A DNA stretch of 59,390 nucleotides, counting the filler. It is 4 parts of 4 records of this genome, joined end to end, with 100 filler letters (N's around TTAATTAATTAA, not from the genome) between each part and the next. Parts side by side here need not be neighbours in the genome. Positions count along the whole stretch, not along the records: positions 1 to 26,555 come from SRR20825006_2808; positions 26,656 to 43,233 come from SRR20825006_2819; 2 more parts are not named here. The stretch is one strand, 5' to 3'. Within the stretch, counting starts at the first letter, position 1. Every line of letters begins with the position of its first letter. Shown here one piece after another: positions 18,109 through 28,534 of this stretch. The notes beneath the pieces are model-generated. The model was not told where the DNA came from and did not search any database. It saw only the letters and a list, made by a program, of their open reading frames with translations. The translations under genes were made by a program, and so were the position numbers.

Positions 18109-19120
18109 CCGCGCACCCCATTCCGCTGCCGGCCGATCACGTCGCCCCGGTTTCGCAGGCCCGCACTGTTCTGGAGGTCGACAATCTTGGCCTGTCCCTG
18201 CGCAATGCCGACGGTCTTCTGCCTATTGTCACTGACATCTCCTTTGCCATCAAGGAGGGTGAGGCCGTCGCGCTGGTGGGTGAAAGTGGTTGCGGCAAGT
18301 CCATCACGGCGTCCGCCATCATGGGGATTGCGCCCGAGAACGCCGTCATCACCGGCACCATCACCCTCAATGGCAAGGTCATTTCGGGTCTGTCGCCCAA
18401 GGAGCGTCGTCGTCTTTGCGGCCGGCATATGGGTTTCATTTTCCAGGAGCCGATGACGGCGCTGCATCCCACGCTCTCCATTGGCCGGCAGATGACCGAC
18501 ACGCTGCGACACAATCTGGGGCTGGGCCATGCCGAGGCGACCAATCGCGCGGCCGAACTGCTCGACCGGGTCGGCATTCCGCGTGCTCGCGATATCCTGA
18601 AGGGTTATGTGCATGAACTTTCGGGCGGCATGCGACAGCGAGTAATGATCGCACTGGCCATCTCCTGCGGCCCCTCATTGATCATCGCCGATGAGCCGAC
18701 CACGGCGCTCGATGTGACCATCCAGGCCCAGGTGCTCGACCTGCTTGACGATATGCGCCGCGAACTCAATCTGGCCATGCTGTTCATCTCCCACGACCTC
18801 GAAGTGGTGGGCGATTTCTGCGAGAAGGCGGTGGTGATGTATGCCGGTGATGTGGTTGAGCGGGGGCTCAGTGCCGATATCGTCAGCGCCCCGACCCATC
18901 CCTATGCGCGAGGCCTGATCGACGCCGTTCCGGCCCATGACGATGGCCGCACAAGGCTGACCCCCATCCTGGGGACCGTGCCTCCGGTCGGGCAATGGCC
19001 TGAGGGGTGTCGCTTCGCGCCGCGCTGCACTCGCGCCGATGCGCAGTGCAACAGCCGTCCGGCGCTCGAACGGCACGGCCAGACCGATGCCCGCTGTTGG
19101 CACCCGCTGGAGGGCAATCG

Positions 19121-19124
<4 letters not shown>
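18105..19124 (+). CDS. Peptide-type ABC ATP-binding protein (DppD/OppD-like)
   Basis: GESGCGKS, LSGGMRQR, IIADEPTTALD, HPY, C-terminal GCRFAPRC. Confidence 0.96.
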
Positions 19125-20061
<937 letters not shown>

Positions 20062-20065
<4 letters not shown>

Positions 20066-21492
20066 ACAGGCCCACAGCTGTCGATGTGCGCAGCGGTCAG
20101 GCGACCTATCGTGGGTTGCGGGATGCGAGAGGCGACCGGTTCCTGGGTGTCCGCTATGCGGAGGCGCCTATAGGGGATCGCCGGTTCAAGCCGCCGGTCC
20201 CGCTGGAAAACACCGGCCTGGTGGATGTCTCGCACTATCGGTCTGCCCCGCCCCAGACGGTCCGTCGCGCGCCGGATTGGGCGCCGCAGGGCGATGGCTT
20301 TGAAACCGGAGAGGATTGCCTGAACCTTAACGTCTATACGCCTGCGGCCGATGACAAGCGGCGACCGGTGATCGTCCACGCCTTTGGTGGTGGCTTCCAG
20401 AGTGGCGCGGCCCAGGGCGGGTTTCTCGATGAGGCAGGCTTTGCACAGGACAACGACGTCGTGCTGGTGCGGCCCAATATGCGGGTGGGGGCGCTGGGAT
20501 TCCTGCATCTGGCAGGAGCTTTCGGTCCAGAATACGCTGCTGCCAATCGCGGCATGCTGGACTTCATCGCGGTCCTGAACTGGGTGCACGACAATATCGC
20601 CGCTTTCGGCGGCGACCCCGGTAACGTTACGCTGGTCGGCATGTCCTCGGGCGCCTTCACCATTTCGGCATTGTTCGGCGTTGATGGTCTGGCTCATCTC
20701 TACCGCCGGGTCTGGCTGATGAGCGGTCCGGCCAGCCGCATCATCGCCCCCGAAACCGCTGCTGACCTGGCCGGAGATTTTCTGGAGCGCACTGATGTGA
20801 CGCCGGGTGACGAGAACGCACTGCGCGCGCTGGCGGTCGAAACCATCCTTTCGGTTCAGGAGCAGGTGCTGGCCACCCATCTGGGCGAACGCAACGCCCC
20901 TGGCGGGCGCACATTCGGCATTGTTCTTGATGGAACCAGTCTGCAGCGCCACCCGCTTGACGGGCTCGCCTCAGGCCGCTTCAAACACCATCAGATCGTC
21001 ACAGGCTGGACACGTGACGAGGCGCGTATGTGGTATGCATTCGGTATGATGCCTGAGCTGAAAGACCGCGACGCCCTGCTGGCGTCAATCGCCCGGTTCT
21101 ACCCGAATAGTCCTGAAGACAAGTTGGCGGCTCTGGAAACAGAAACTCCTGGGCTGACGTTTACCGAGTATGAGGAACGCTTCCTGTCGCGGGCGATCTA
21201 TCGGGACCCGGCGCTGAAGACGCTTGCCGTGCACCAGGCCAGTGGGGGAGCGGGCTTTGGCTATGAGTTCGCCTGGGTGCCTGGCTTCCAGAATGGCCGC
21301 TTGGGTGCAGCACATGGTTTGGATGAAGCCTTTGTCTTCGGTCAGCTTGATCGCGTGCCGTTGGCACAAAATGATGAGCGAGCGCCTCTGCTCGCAGGTG
21401 AAATGTCCCGCGCGCTAATCGATTTTGCGCGGGCAGGGGAGCCCGGTTGGGAAGTCCACGACACAGAGCGAAATCTGACAACCTTTGGCTAG
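20062..21492 (+). CDS. Type-B carboxylesterase (COesterase family)
   Basis: FLGVRYAEAPIGDRRF, EDCLNLNVY, GGGF, NIAAFGGDPGNVTLVGMSSG (GxSxG), DEA, AAH; ATGA overlap with the ABC ATPase; no signal peptide. Confidence 0.93.
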
Positions 21493-21690
21493 AGGACTTC
21501 TGGGGCTGTTCCTGGTGCGAGCCATGCCAACGATCGTGGCTTTGAAGCGCCGGCGCATTCCCGCCGTTCGGCCAACGTCGGCGATTTCCAAAAAGCGAAC
21601 ATCTTGACCTTGGGGTCGTCAGCATGTCTGCTTCTGGACAGAAGTCGTTGAACACCAAGCGTCTGCAAGGGGATCGACATCTGACGGTCG

Positions 21691-22914
21691 TTAACGCGCC
21701 CCAATACGCAGATCAGAATGGTCAGGCGGGCTTCCTGTCAGCTGCCGTCCCTGCCTTGGAAGGAGCAGATCAAACGCCAGAGCCGATGCCCCCTTGATCC
21801 CTGTCAGGTTGTGATCGCGGGTCGCCGATATGCGCAATTGGGCGGAAATGGCGGGTGGTGTACGCTGCGCGAGGCTCTCGCGGATGCCTGCAATGACGTG
21901 ATCGCCGATCTGGGCGACATTGCCGCCGACGCTGATCAGCGAGGGAGCCAGGCCGACCACGAGCCCGGTAATGGCCTCGCCGATATGCCTGCCGGCCTGC
22001 CGGAGAGCGACGATGGCGTCGGTGTCGCCGGACAGCACGAGCTCGCGCAGCTTTTCCACACTGGTGACAGGGCGCGTTGCTGTCGAAATCGAGCGCATCA
22101 GGGCTGGATTGGAGGCGACATTGGCCAGGCACCCGCGATTGCCGCATATGCAGGGCGTGTCGCCGCCGGCTGCCACGGGAATGTGACCCACCTCGCCCGC
22201 CCAGCCCCCAATGCCGCGATGCAACTGGCCGGAAAAGACCAGCCCTGCCCCGATGCCGGTTTCGACCAGTAGAAAAAGAACCGAGTCGGCGTCCCGATTC
22301 TCAAGCTGAACACCCAGGGCCATGATGTTGGCGTCGTTCTCTACAGCGACCTTCATGCCAAAATGTGCGGTAAAGTCGGAGGGCAGTACACCGACTTTTG
22401 ACCAGGGCACGGTGCGTCGCATATCGGAGACGGGACCGGGTACACCAACGATCATGGCCCGGATGATATCGCGGTCGATGCCGTGCCTGCGCGTCATGTT
22501 TTCGAGCATGTCGTCGAGCGTCTGAACTGCCCCTTCCGGGCCGGGCTCGGGGGGGAGCTCCCGGGCCTCCCAGGCCAGCACGGCGCCATCCAGGCTGCAA
22601 ATAGCCGCGCCGACCTGCTCGGCGTTGAAACGTGCGACGAAATTGAGCGATGCCAGGGTGTTGAGCCTGTAGCTGCTGGACGGTCGGCCGCGGCCAATGG
22701 GGGCCTCAGAGTTCTCCAATGCCCAGCCGGAGGACAGTAATCTCTCCAGTTTCGTGGTCACCGTATTGCGTGACCAGCCGGTCCATTGCGCGAGTTCTGC
22801 CCGCCCCATTTCGCCGTGGTGCAACGCCCGCAACAGCGCTCGGTCATCGTCGTCGAGGTTATCGAGCGGAGCAGCGGAAACCGGGAGCACGGTGACGGTC
22901 ATGGTACGGCGCAT
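21691..22914 (-). CDS. ROK family transcriptional regulator
   Basis: N-terminal HTH (RAELAQWTGWSRNTV), GRGRP, VENDANI, GIGAG, AGEVGH..CICGNRGCL. Confidence 0.93.
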   Translation of the reverse strand: MRRTMTVTVLPVSAAPLDNLDDDDRALLRALHHGEMGRAELAQWTGWSRNTVTTKLERLLSSGWALENSEAPIGRGRPSSSYRLNTLASLNFVARFNAEQVGAAICSLDGAVLAWEARELPPEPGPEGAVQTLDDMLENMTRRHGIDRDIIRAMIVGVPGPVSDMRRTVPWSKVGVLPSDFTAHFGMKVAVENDANIMALGVQLENRDADSVLFLLVETGIGAGLVFSGQLHRGIGGWAGEVGHIPVAAGGDTPCICGNRGCLANVASNPALMRSISTATRPVTSVEKLRELVLSGDTDAIVALRQAGRHIGEAITGLVVGLAPSLISVGGNVAQIGDHVIAGIRESLAQRTPPAISAQLRISATRDHNLTGIKGASALAFDLLLPRQGRQLTGSPPDHSDLRIGAR

Positions 22915-22920
22915 CCTTAA

Positions 22921-22990
22921 ATGTCAATGTTGACATATTAAAATCAGTATTGACATCAAATTGTCAACATGTCTCTTATTTCAGTCAATC
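22921..22990. promoter_or_regulatory. AT-rich operator array between the ROK regulator and the sugar ABC operon
   Basis: TGTCAA 22922, TTGACA 22930, TTGACA 22950, TGTCAA 22962; perfect 9-bp inverted repeat ATGTTGACA (22927-35) / TGTCAACAT (22962-70). Confidence 0.55.
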
Positions 22991-23045
22991 GGTTCCTAAA
23001 GCCTCTAACTGAGCTGCCCGGCGCCGACAATGGAGGAAACATCAC

Positions 23046-24359
23046 ATGACCCTGAAAACGCTCGCTTGCCGGGCTGCCTATAGTGCTGCCCTGTCGACCC
23101 TGCTGACCGCCGCCGTACTGGCGCAGGACAGCACCTACAAGGATGCCGCAATTGCCGAGGCGGTGCGGATCGCCGAGGGGCTCGAGCCCGGCGGCTATGT
23201 GGAAGTGATTGGCCAGAACAGCGGGGCCGAAGGCCAGACGCTGCAGGATGTCTATGCCGCTTTCACCGAGGCCACCGGCATCGAGGTGCGTTATACCGGC
23301 ACCCAGGATATTACGGCGATCGTCCAGTCGCGCATCCAGGCCGGCAACCCGCCCAATGTCGCCGACATTCAGCTCGGGGAAGCCCGTGACCTGGCAAGTG
23401 AAGGTCTGCTGGTGGACCTGACCGCCGCTTTCGGCGACGAGCTGGCCGCCAACTTCAATCCCATGCTGCTCGAAACCGCCAGCCAGGACGGCGCGGTGTT
23501 CGGCGTCTATCAGGGGATGAACCCCTTCATGGTCTGGTACAATCCCAAGGCCTATACCGGTCCCGAGGCGCCGAAGGACTGGCAGGCCATTGTGGATTGG
23601 ACCAATGCTCAGGCCGCAGAAGGCAATGCCGTTTGGTGTGCAGCCCAGAACGCCGGCGCTGGCAGTGGTTTCCCCGGCGCCCAGATCGTCGACAACATCT
23701 TCCTCAAGAAGTTCGGCCCCGAGCTCTATGCGCAGTGGGGCGCAGGCGAGCTGGCCTGGACCAGCGACGAGGTCAAATGGGCCTTTGAAGAATTCGGCCG
23801 CGTCGTAGCCCAGGATTCCCACGTTCAGGGCGGCGTGATCGGCGCGCTCTCGACCCCGATTTCCAGCGGCTATACCGGTCTGGTGACCGACCCGGCGACC
23901 TGCCAGATTTCGCTCTGGGGCGCCTGGGTTCCCGGCCTTATCGGCGAAGCAGCCGTACCCGGCGAGAATATTGATTTCTTCCGCGTCCCGGCTGCCGATC
24001 CCCAGTTCTATGAATACGAACTGTTCCAATCGGCCATCAGCGTCGGTTTTACCGACGATCCGGTGACCAGGGCCTTCCTGCAATATATCGCTTCCACGCC
24101 GGCCCAGACCTATCTGGCCTCGCTCAATCGCTGGCCGGTGGCCAACCAGAACGTGCCGGTGGACGCTTATCCCAGCCCGCTGCTGCAAAAGATCGCCACT
24201 GAATATCTGAGCACCGGTGACGTGCAGTTCGCGGCCGGACCAAACCTGATGGCGGGCGCCGCCACCGGCTCGGCCTATTACAAGGGGATCGTGAGCTATC
24301 TGCAGAACCCCGGCGATCTCGACAATATCCTCGCCGGCATCGAAGCCACCGCCGAGTAA
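23046..24359 (+). CDS. Sugar ABC transporter substrate-binding protein (AglE/GgtB-like)
   Basis: Signal peptide; FTEATGIEVRYTG, RIQAGNPP, VWYNP, WC......SGFPG, Y.QW..GEL.WT; GGAGG RBS. Confidence 0.88.
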   Translation: MTLKTLACRAAYSAALSTLLTAAVLAQDSTYKDAAIAEAVRIAEGLEPGGYVEVIGQNSGAEGQTLQDVYAAFTEATGIEVRYTGTQDITAIVQSRIQAGNPPNVADIQLGEARDLASEGLLVDLTAAFGDELAANFNPMLLETASQDGAVFGVYQGMNPFMVWYNPKAYTGPEAPKDWQAIVDWTNAQAAEGNAVWCAAQNAGAGSGFPGAQIVDNIFLKKFGPELYAQWGAGELAWTSDEVKWAFEEFGRVVAQDSHVQGGVIGALSTPISSGYTGLVTDPATCQISLWGAWVPGLIGEAAVPGENIDFFRVPAADPQFYEYELFQSAISVGFTDDPVTRAFLQYIASTPAQTYLASLNRWPVANQNVPVDAYPSPLLQKIATEYLSTGDVQFAAGPNLMAGAATGSAYYKGIVSYLQNPGDLDNILAGIEATAE

Positions 24360-24389
24360 CCCCGAAAGCCACACCCTGGACTGCGCGAT

Positions 24390-25367
24390 ATGACCGATTT
24401 CCTTGGCATCGTCCTGGCCCTGATCGTTCTCGGCGCCATTGGTATTCCAATCCTGGTTTACCTGGCGCTGGGACTGGGCGAGACCATCCTGACCCTGATG
24501 CCCGCCAAGGCCGGCCAGAAACTGCGCCCCTGGGTGTGGCTGCTCCTGCCGGTCGCCCTGGCGGCCACCATCCTGATCTTTCCGGTGATCGTGACCCTCG
24601 GGACCTCGGTGATGGACGCCCGATCCGTCAATTTTGTCGGGCTCGACAATTACGCCTGGGCCTTTTCCGGCTCCATGCTCGGCATTGTGGGCAACAACAT
24701 TGTCTGGCTGATCGCCTTCCCCATCGCCACTCTGGTTCTGGCGCTGTTTGCCGCCACCCTGTTCGACAAGGTGCGCTACGAACCGCTGGCAATGACCATC
24801 GTTATCCTGCCAACGGCGATCTCGTTCACCGCCGGCTCGGTGATCTGGACGCAGATGTATTCCTTCCAGCCCGCCGGGACACCGCAGATCGGCACCTTCA
24901 ACGCTTTCCTTAGCCTGTTCGGCATCAATCCGGTGCCTTGGCTGATCCAGCCGGTGGTCAACAATCTGTCGCTGATCTTCATCGCGGTCTGGCTGCAACT
25001 GGGCATCGCCACGCTGATCCTGTCCTCTGCCATCAAGAATGTCGGCTCGGAAATGATCGAAGCCGCGCGGCTCGACGGGGCCAGCGAATGGCGCGTCTTC
25101 TTCTCGATCATCCTGCCCAATATCCTGCCTTCGGTGCTGGTGGTCCTGACCACCATGATCATCGCGGCGCTCAAGGTCTTCGACATTGTCTATGTCATGA
25201 CCAATGGCAATTTCGGCACCGACGTGATCGCCAACAAGCTCTATTACGAGCTGTTCGCGGCCAACAATCTGGGCCATGCCAGCGCCATTGCCGTGATCCT
25301 GCTGTTCACCGCGCTGCCGATCGCCTTCATCAACATTTTCCAGTTCCGCTCGGAGGCCCGGTCATGA
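24390..25367 (+). CDS. Sugar ABC permease (MalF-type)
   Basis: FVGLDNY, EAARLDGASE, KVFDIVYVMTNG. Confidence 0.95.
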   Translation: MTDFLGIVLALIVLGAIGIPILVYLALGLGETILTLMPAKAGQKLRPWVWLLLPVALAATILIFPVIVTLGTSVMDARSVNFVGLDNYAWAFSGSMLGIVGNNIVWLIAFPIATLVLALFAATLFDKVRYEPLAMTIVILPTAISFTAGSVIWTQMYSFQPAGTPQIGTFNAFLSLFGINPVPWLIQPVVNNLSLIFIAVWLQLGIATLILSSAIKNVGSEMIEAARLDGASEWRVFFSIILPNILPSVLVVLTTMIIAALKVFDIVYVMTNGNFGTDVIANKLYYELFAANNLGHASAIAVILLFTALPIAFINIFQFRSEARS

Positions 25368-26263
25368 CCGCTGCAACCGTTCAGCAATCCGGCGTGGCGG
25401 CTGCCGCCCCACACACCGTCAGTTCGAAGCGCCCCCGGCTGCTGCGCTGGCTCGTGCATCTGGTCGTCATTGTCTTCATCGCCCTGTGGTTTATGCCGAT
25501 CCTCGCGCTGCTGGTGTCCTCGTTCCGCCCGCAGGCAGACACGGCCAGTTCCGGCTGGTGGACGGTCCTCATCCGTCCTGTCTTTACGGCAGACAACTAT
25601 TTCCTCGCGCTGGACCAGCTCAAGGTGGCCGGAAGCCTCGGCACCTCGCTGGCTATCGCCATCCCCTCGACCATACTCACCGTGATGCTGTCCATGATCG
25701 GGGCCTACGCGCTGGTGCGGATGAAGTTCCCCGGCCGTACAGCGCTCTCGCTCTTGCTGGTGGCCCTGTTGATAACGCCGCCCCAGATCACGCTGGTGCC
25801 ACTGCTGCGGCTCTATAATGCGGTCGGGCTGGCCGGCACCATTCAGGGCATCTGGCTCTACCAGGTCGGGTTCACCCTGCCATTCGGCATCTTCCTGCTG
25901 CGCGGCTTCCTCGCCTCCATCCCTCAGGAACTCTATGAATCGGCCAATCTCGATGGGGCCTCCGAGCTGAGGACCTTCTTCTCGATCGTCATGCCGTTGT
26001 CGCGGCCGATCATGGCTTCGCTTGGCATCATGGCCTTCCTGTGGTCCTGGAACGACTTGCTAATCCCGCTGCTGTTCATGGGCGGATCCGGCATGTCCCC
26101 GCCGATCACCGTCAATCTGGCCGGTTTGGTAGCACAGACCACGCAAGGGCAGGGGCCGCTGATGGCGGCCACCTTCCTCTCGGTGGCTGTTCCTCTCCTC
26201 CTCATCATCTCCCTGCAGCGCTACTTCGTGCGCGGAATTCTCGGCGGTGCGGTCAAGGGTTGA
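25364..26263 (+). CDS. Sugar ABC permease (MalG-type)
   Basis: [47 protein letters not shown] overlap. Confidence 0.95.
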   Translation: MTAATVQQSGVAAAAPHTVSSKRPRLLRWLVHLVVIVFIALWFMPILALLVSSFRPQADTASSGWWTVLIRPVFTADNYFLALDQLKVAGSLGTSLAIAIPSTILTVMLSMIGAYALVRMKFPGRTALSLLLVALLITPPQITLVPLLRLYNAVGLAGTIQGIWLYQVGFTLPFGIFLLRGFLASIPQELYESANLDGASELRTFFSIVMPLSRPIMASLGIMAFLWSWNDLLIPLLFMGGSGMSPPITVNLAGLVAQTTQGQGPLMAATFLSVAVPLLLIISLQRYFVRGILGGAVKG

Positions 26264-26300
26264 TCCGGCCGCAACGCCTTCCAATTACAGGATTAAGTTC

Positions 26301-26555
26301 ATGACCAATGTCAGCATCGACGGTGTACGCAAGGCCTACGGCTCCACCAACGTCATCCACGGCGTCAATATCGAGATCGATGATGGCGAGTTCGTCGTCC
26401 TGGTCGGACCTTCCGGCTGCGGCAAGTCCACCCTTTTGCGCATGATTGCCGGGCTCGAGGAAATCAGCGGCGGGCATATCCGCATCGGCTCGCGCGTGGT
26501 CAATGATGTCAGCGCCAAGGATCGCGACATCGCCATGGTGTTCCAGTCCTACGCG
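26301..26555 (+). CDS. Sugar ABC ATP-binding protein (MalK/UgpC-like), truncated by contig end
   Basis: [30 protein letters not shown], then N gap. Confidence 0.93.
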
Positions 26556-26655
26556 NNNNNNNNNNNNNNNNNNNNNNNNNNNNNNNNNNNNNNNNNNNNT
26601 TAATTAATTAANNNNNNNNNNNNNNNNNNNNNNNNNNNNNNNNNNNNNNNNNNNN
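26556..26655. other. Artificial contig-joining linker
   Basis: 44 N + TTAATTAATTAA (stops in all six frames) + 44 N. Confidence 0.99.
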
Positions 26656-28242
26656 GGTCTGAAAGGCGATGTCGTCGATCACGCTTGTGATCCGCGAGAT
26701 GGATTGCGAGCTTTCCGCGATCACGTTCATGGCGCTGATCGCATCCCCGACCACGACGCTGGATCGTTCCGATTGCTCCTTGGCTTGCTGGACCTGATGG
26801 CTTGTGTCGTTGGTCATCTCGGTCGCGCTTTTGACCGAGAACGTCAGTTCCTCCAGCGCGGCGGCACTTTCTTCCAACGTGGCGGCCTGTCGTTCCGAAC
26901 GGTTGGACAGGTCATTCATGCCGGACGAGATCGAGGCGACCTCTTGAGTGACCTCAAGGGCCTGGCGCAAGACGCCCGCCATCACACTGTCAAGCCGCTC
27001 GACGGCGTTGTTGAATTGCACGCGAATGTCATCGAATTCCCCGAGGTCGTCGTTCAACCGGACTGTCAGATCGCCAGCGGCCAGGCTGCTCAGACCGGCC
27101 TGCATGGCGTCGGCCGTGCGGATATAGGGGGTGGTGTTGACTGCAAATTTCACAACCTTGACCACCTCGCCGGCGGCATTGCGGATAGGGTTGTAGCTGG
27201 CGCGGATAAATACGGTGCTGCCGTCCTTGCCGACGCGTTCGAACGATCCGTCCTTTGCTTCGCCGCGCCGCAGGTCATCCCAGAAATTCTGGTATTCGGG
27301 GCTGTTGGCATGATCTTTGGTAACAAACAAACTGTGGTTTTTCGAAATGAGTTCTTTCGCCTCGTAACCCATTGTTTGGCAGAAGATTTCATTGGCGTTC
27401 AAAATCTGGCCCCTGGGGTCGAATTCGATAACGGCCTGCACCTTCTGGATCGCGTTGACCATGGCATTGGCGTCTGCCTCAAGGTCGCGCGCGACGGTGA
27501 TGTCAAAGGCGTATTTGACCACTTTGAAAGGCCGCCCTTCGGGGTCAAGCAAGGTTTCATAAGTGGCCTGAAGCCAGCACGCCTTGCCGCTTTTGCTGAT
27601 CCGCTTGACCTGGCCGGTTTCCGACGCCCCCGTGCTCAAGCGCTGCCAAAAGCCCTTGTATTCCGAGGTTCCAATCTCTTCGGGCGGCATGAATATCTTG
27701 TGGTGCTTCCCGACCAGTTCTTCCTGCGTATATCCCATCGCATCCAGAAAAAGCTGGTTCGCAGCCAGAACGTTGCCCGACAGGTCGAATTCGATCACCG
27801 CCATCGACCGTTTCAGCGCGTCGACCTGGCTGCGGTTGTCACGGCGGCGCAAATGCATGTTCGTGATCTCACGTGCCGCTACGATGGTGTAGCCATGCGT
27901 GCCGTCTGCATTCATGATCGGGGTATAAGTCGCATCAAACCAGATCTCTTCACCTTGGGCATTCAGGCGGGGCACGATCTGGTTAATGGTTTTTCCCGCC
28001 TCAACGGATGTCCAGATTTCCATGAATTCTGGTTTGTTATGGTCTTTTTGGCGCACGATTTGTTCGTAGTTCTTGCCGATGATGTCGGTTGGCGCGACGT
28101 CCAGAACGGTGCAGAAGTTTTCGTTGACCGACTGGATCTTCCTGTCGGAAGAAATGCGCGCAATGACATGCGATGCCTCAAAGGCCTGCATTTCCCGTTT
28201 CAGAATTTCCATCTCGGGATTTTTTCCCTTGAACCAAACCAT
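26656..28242 (-). CDS. Soluble methyl-accepting chemotaxis protein with three PAS domains (BdlA-like), truncated by contig end
   Basis: Three PAS/PAC repeats (WFDATYTPI, WLQATY, FIRASYNPI; AVIEFD..G..L.AN), HAMP-like LAAGDLTVRL, signalling domain QAATLEESAAALEEL..VIDDIAFQT; no TM segment. Confidence 0.93.
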
Positions 28243-28534
28243 TTTTGCATCCGTGCCTAGTGAATCATGAGCCGTGAGTGCAGAGATTGGCGGGCAATGG
28301 CTTCAAAACCCTTAAGGCGATGCAAAAGAAGCATTGCATTTTCTCTAATTTCACCTTGCAGGTTGAAACTGGCGCAACTTCGCCGCCTGTTCTAAAAGAT
28401 CGGCAAGGCTTTTGCGCTGTTTCCAAGCGTTTGGTCGCAATTGCACCGCCGCGGCGCTACATTGCAGTTTAATCCGCACCTTAGACGTTGCTGTGCCTCA
28501 TGTGCCGCGCGATGGTTTGCGAAAGGAGATGCCA

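Noticed and set aside
21493-21690. Intergenic stretch with short imperfect palindromes (e.g. CTTCTGGACAGAAG) resembling decayed repeats
   Set aside because: Too degenerate to call a repeat, sRNA or terminator by eye
26600-26611. TTAATTAATTAA palindrome repeated three times in the window
   Set aside because: Synthetic six-frame-stop linker, not a biological repeat, att site or CRISPR repeat
28298-28318. Possible CtrA box upstream of the chemoreceptor
   Set aside because: Only one TTAA half-site; the second is mismatched and mis-spaced
28320-28450. Possible sigma-54 promoter (TGGCGC...GC) and NtrC-like TGCA boxes upstream of the transglutaminase operon
   Set aside because: GG-GC spacing is 9 rather than 10 nt, and TGCA-TGCA spacing is 10 rather than 9, so neither fits the consensus
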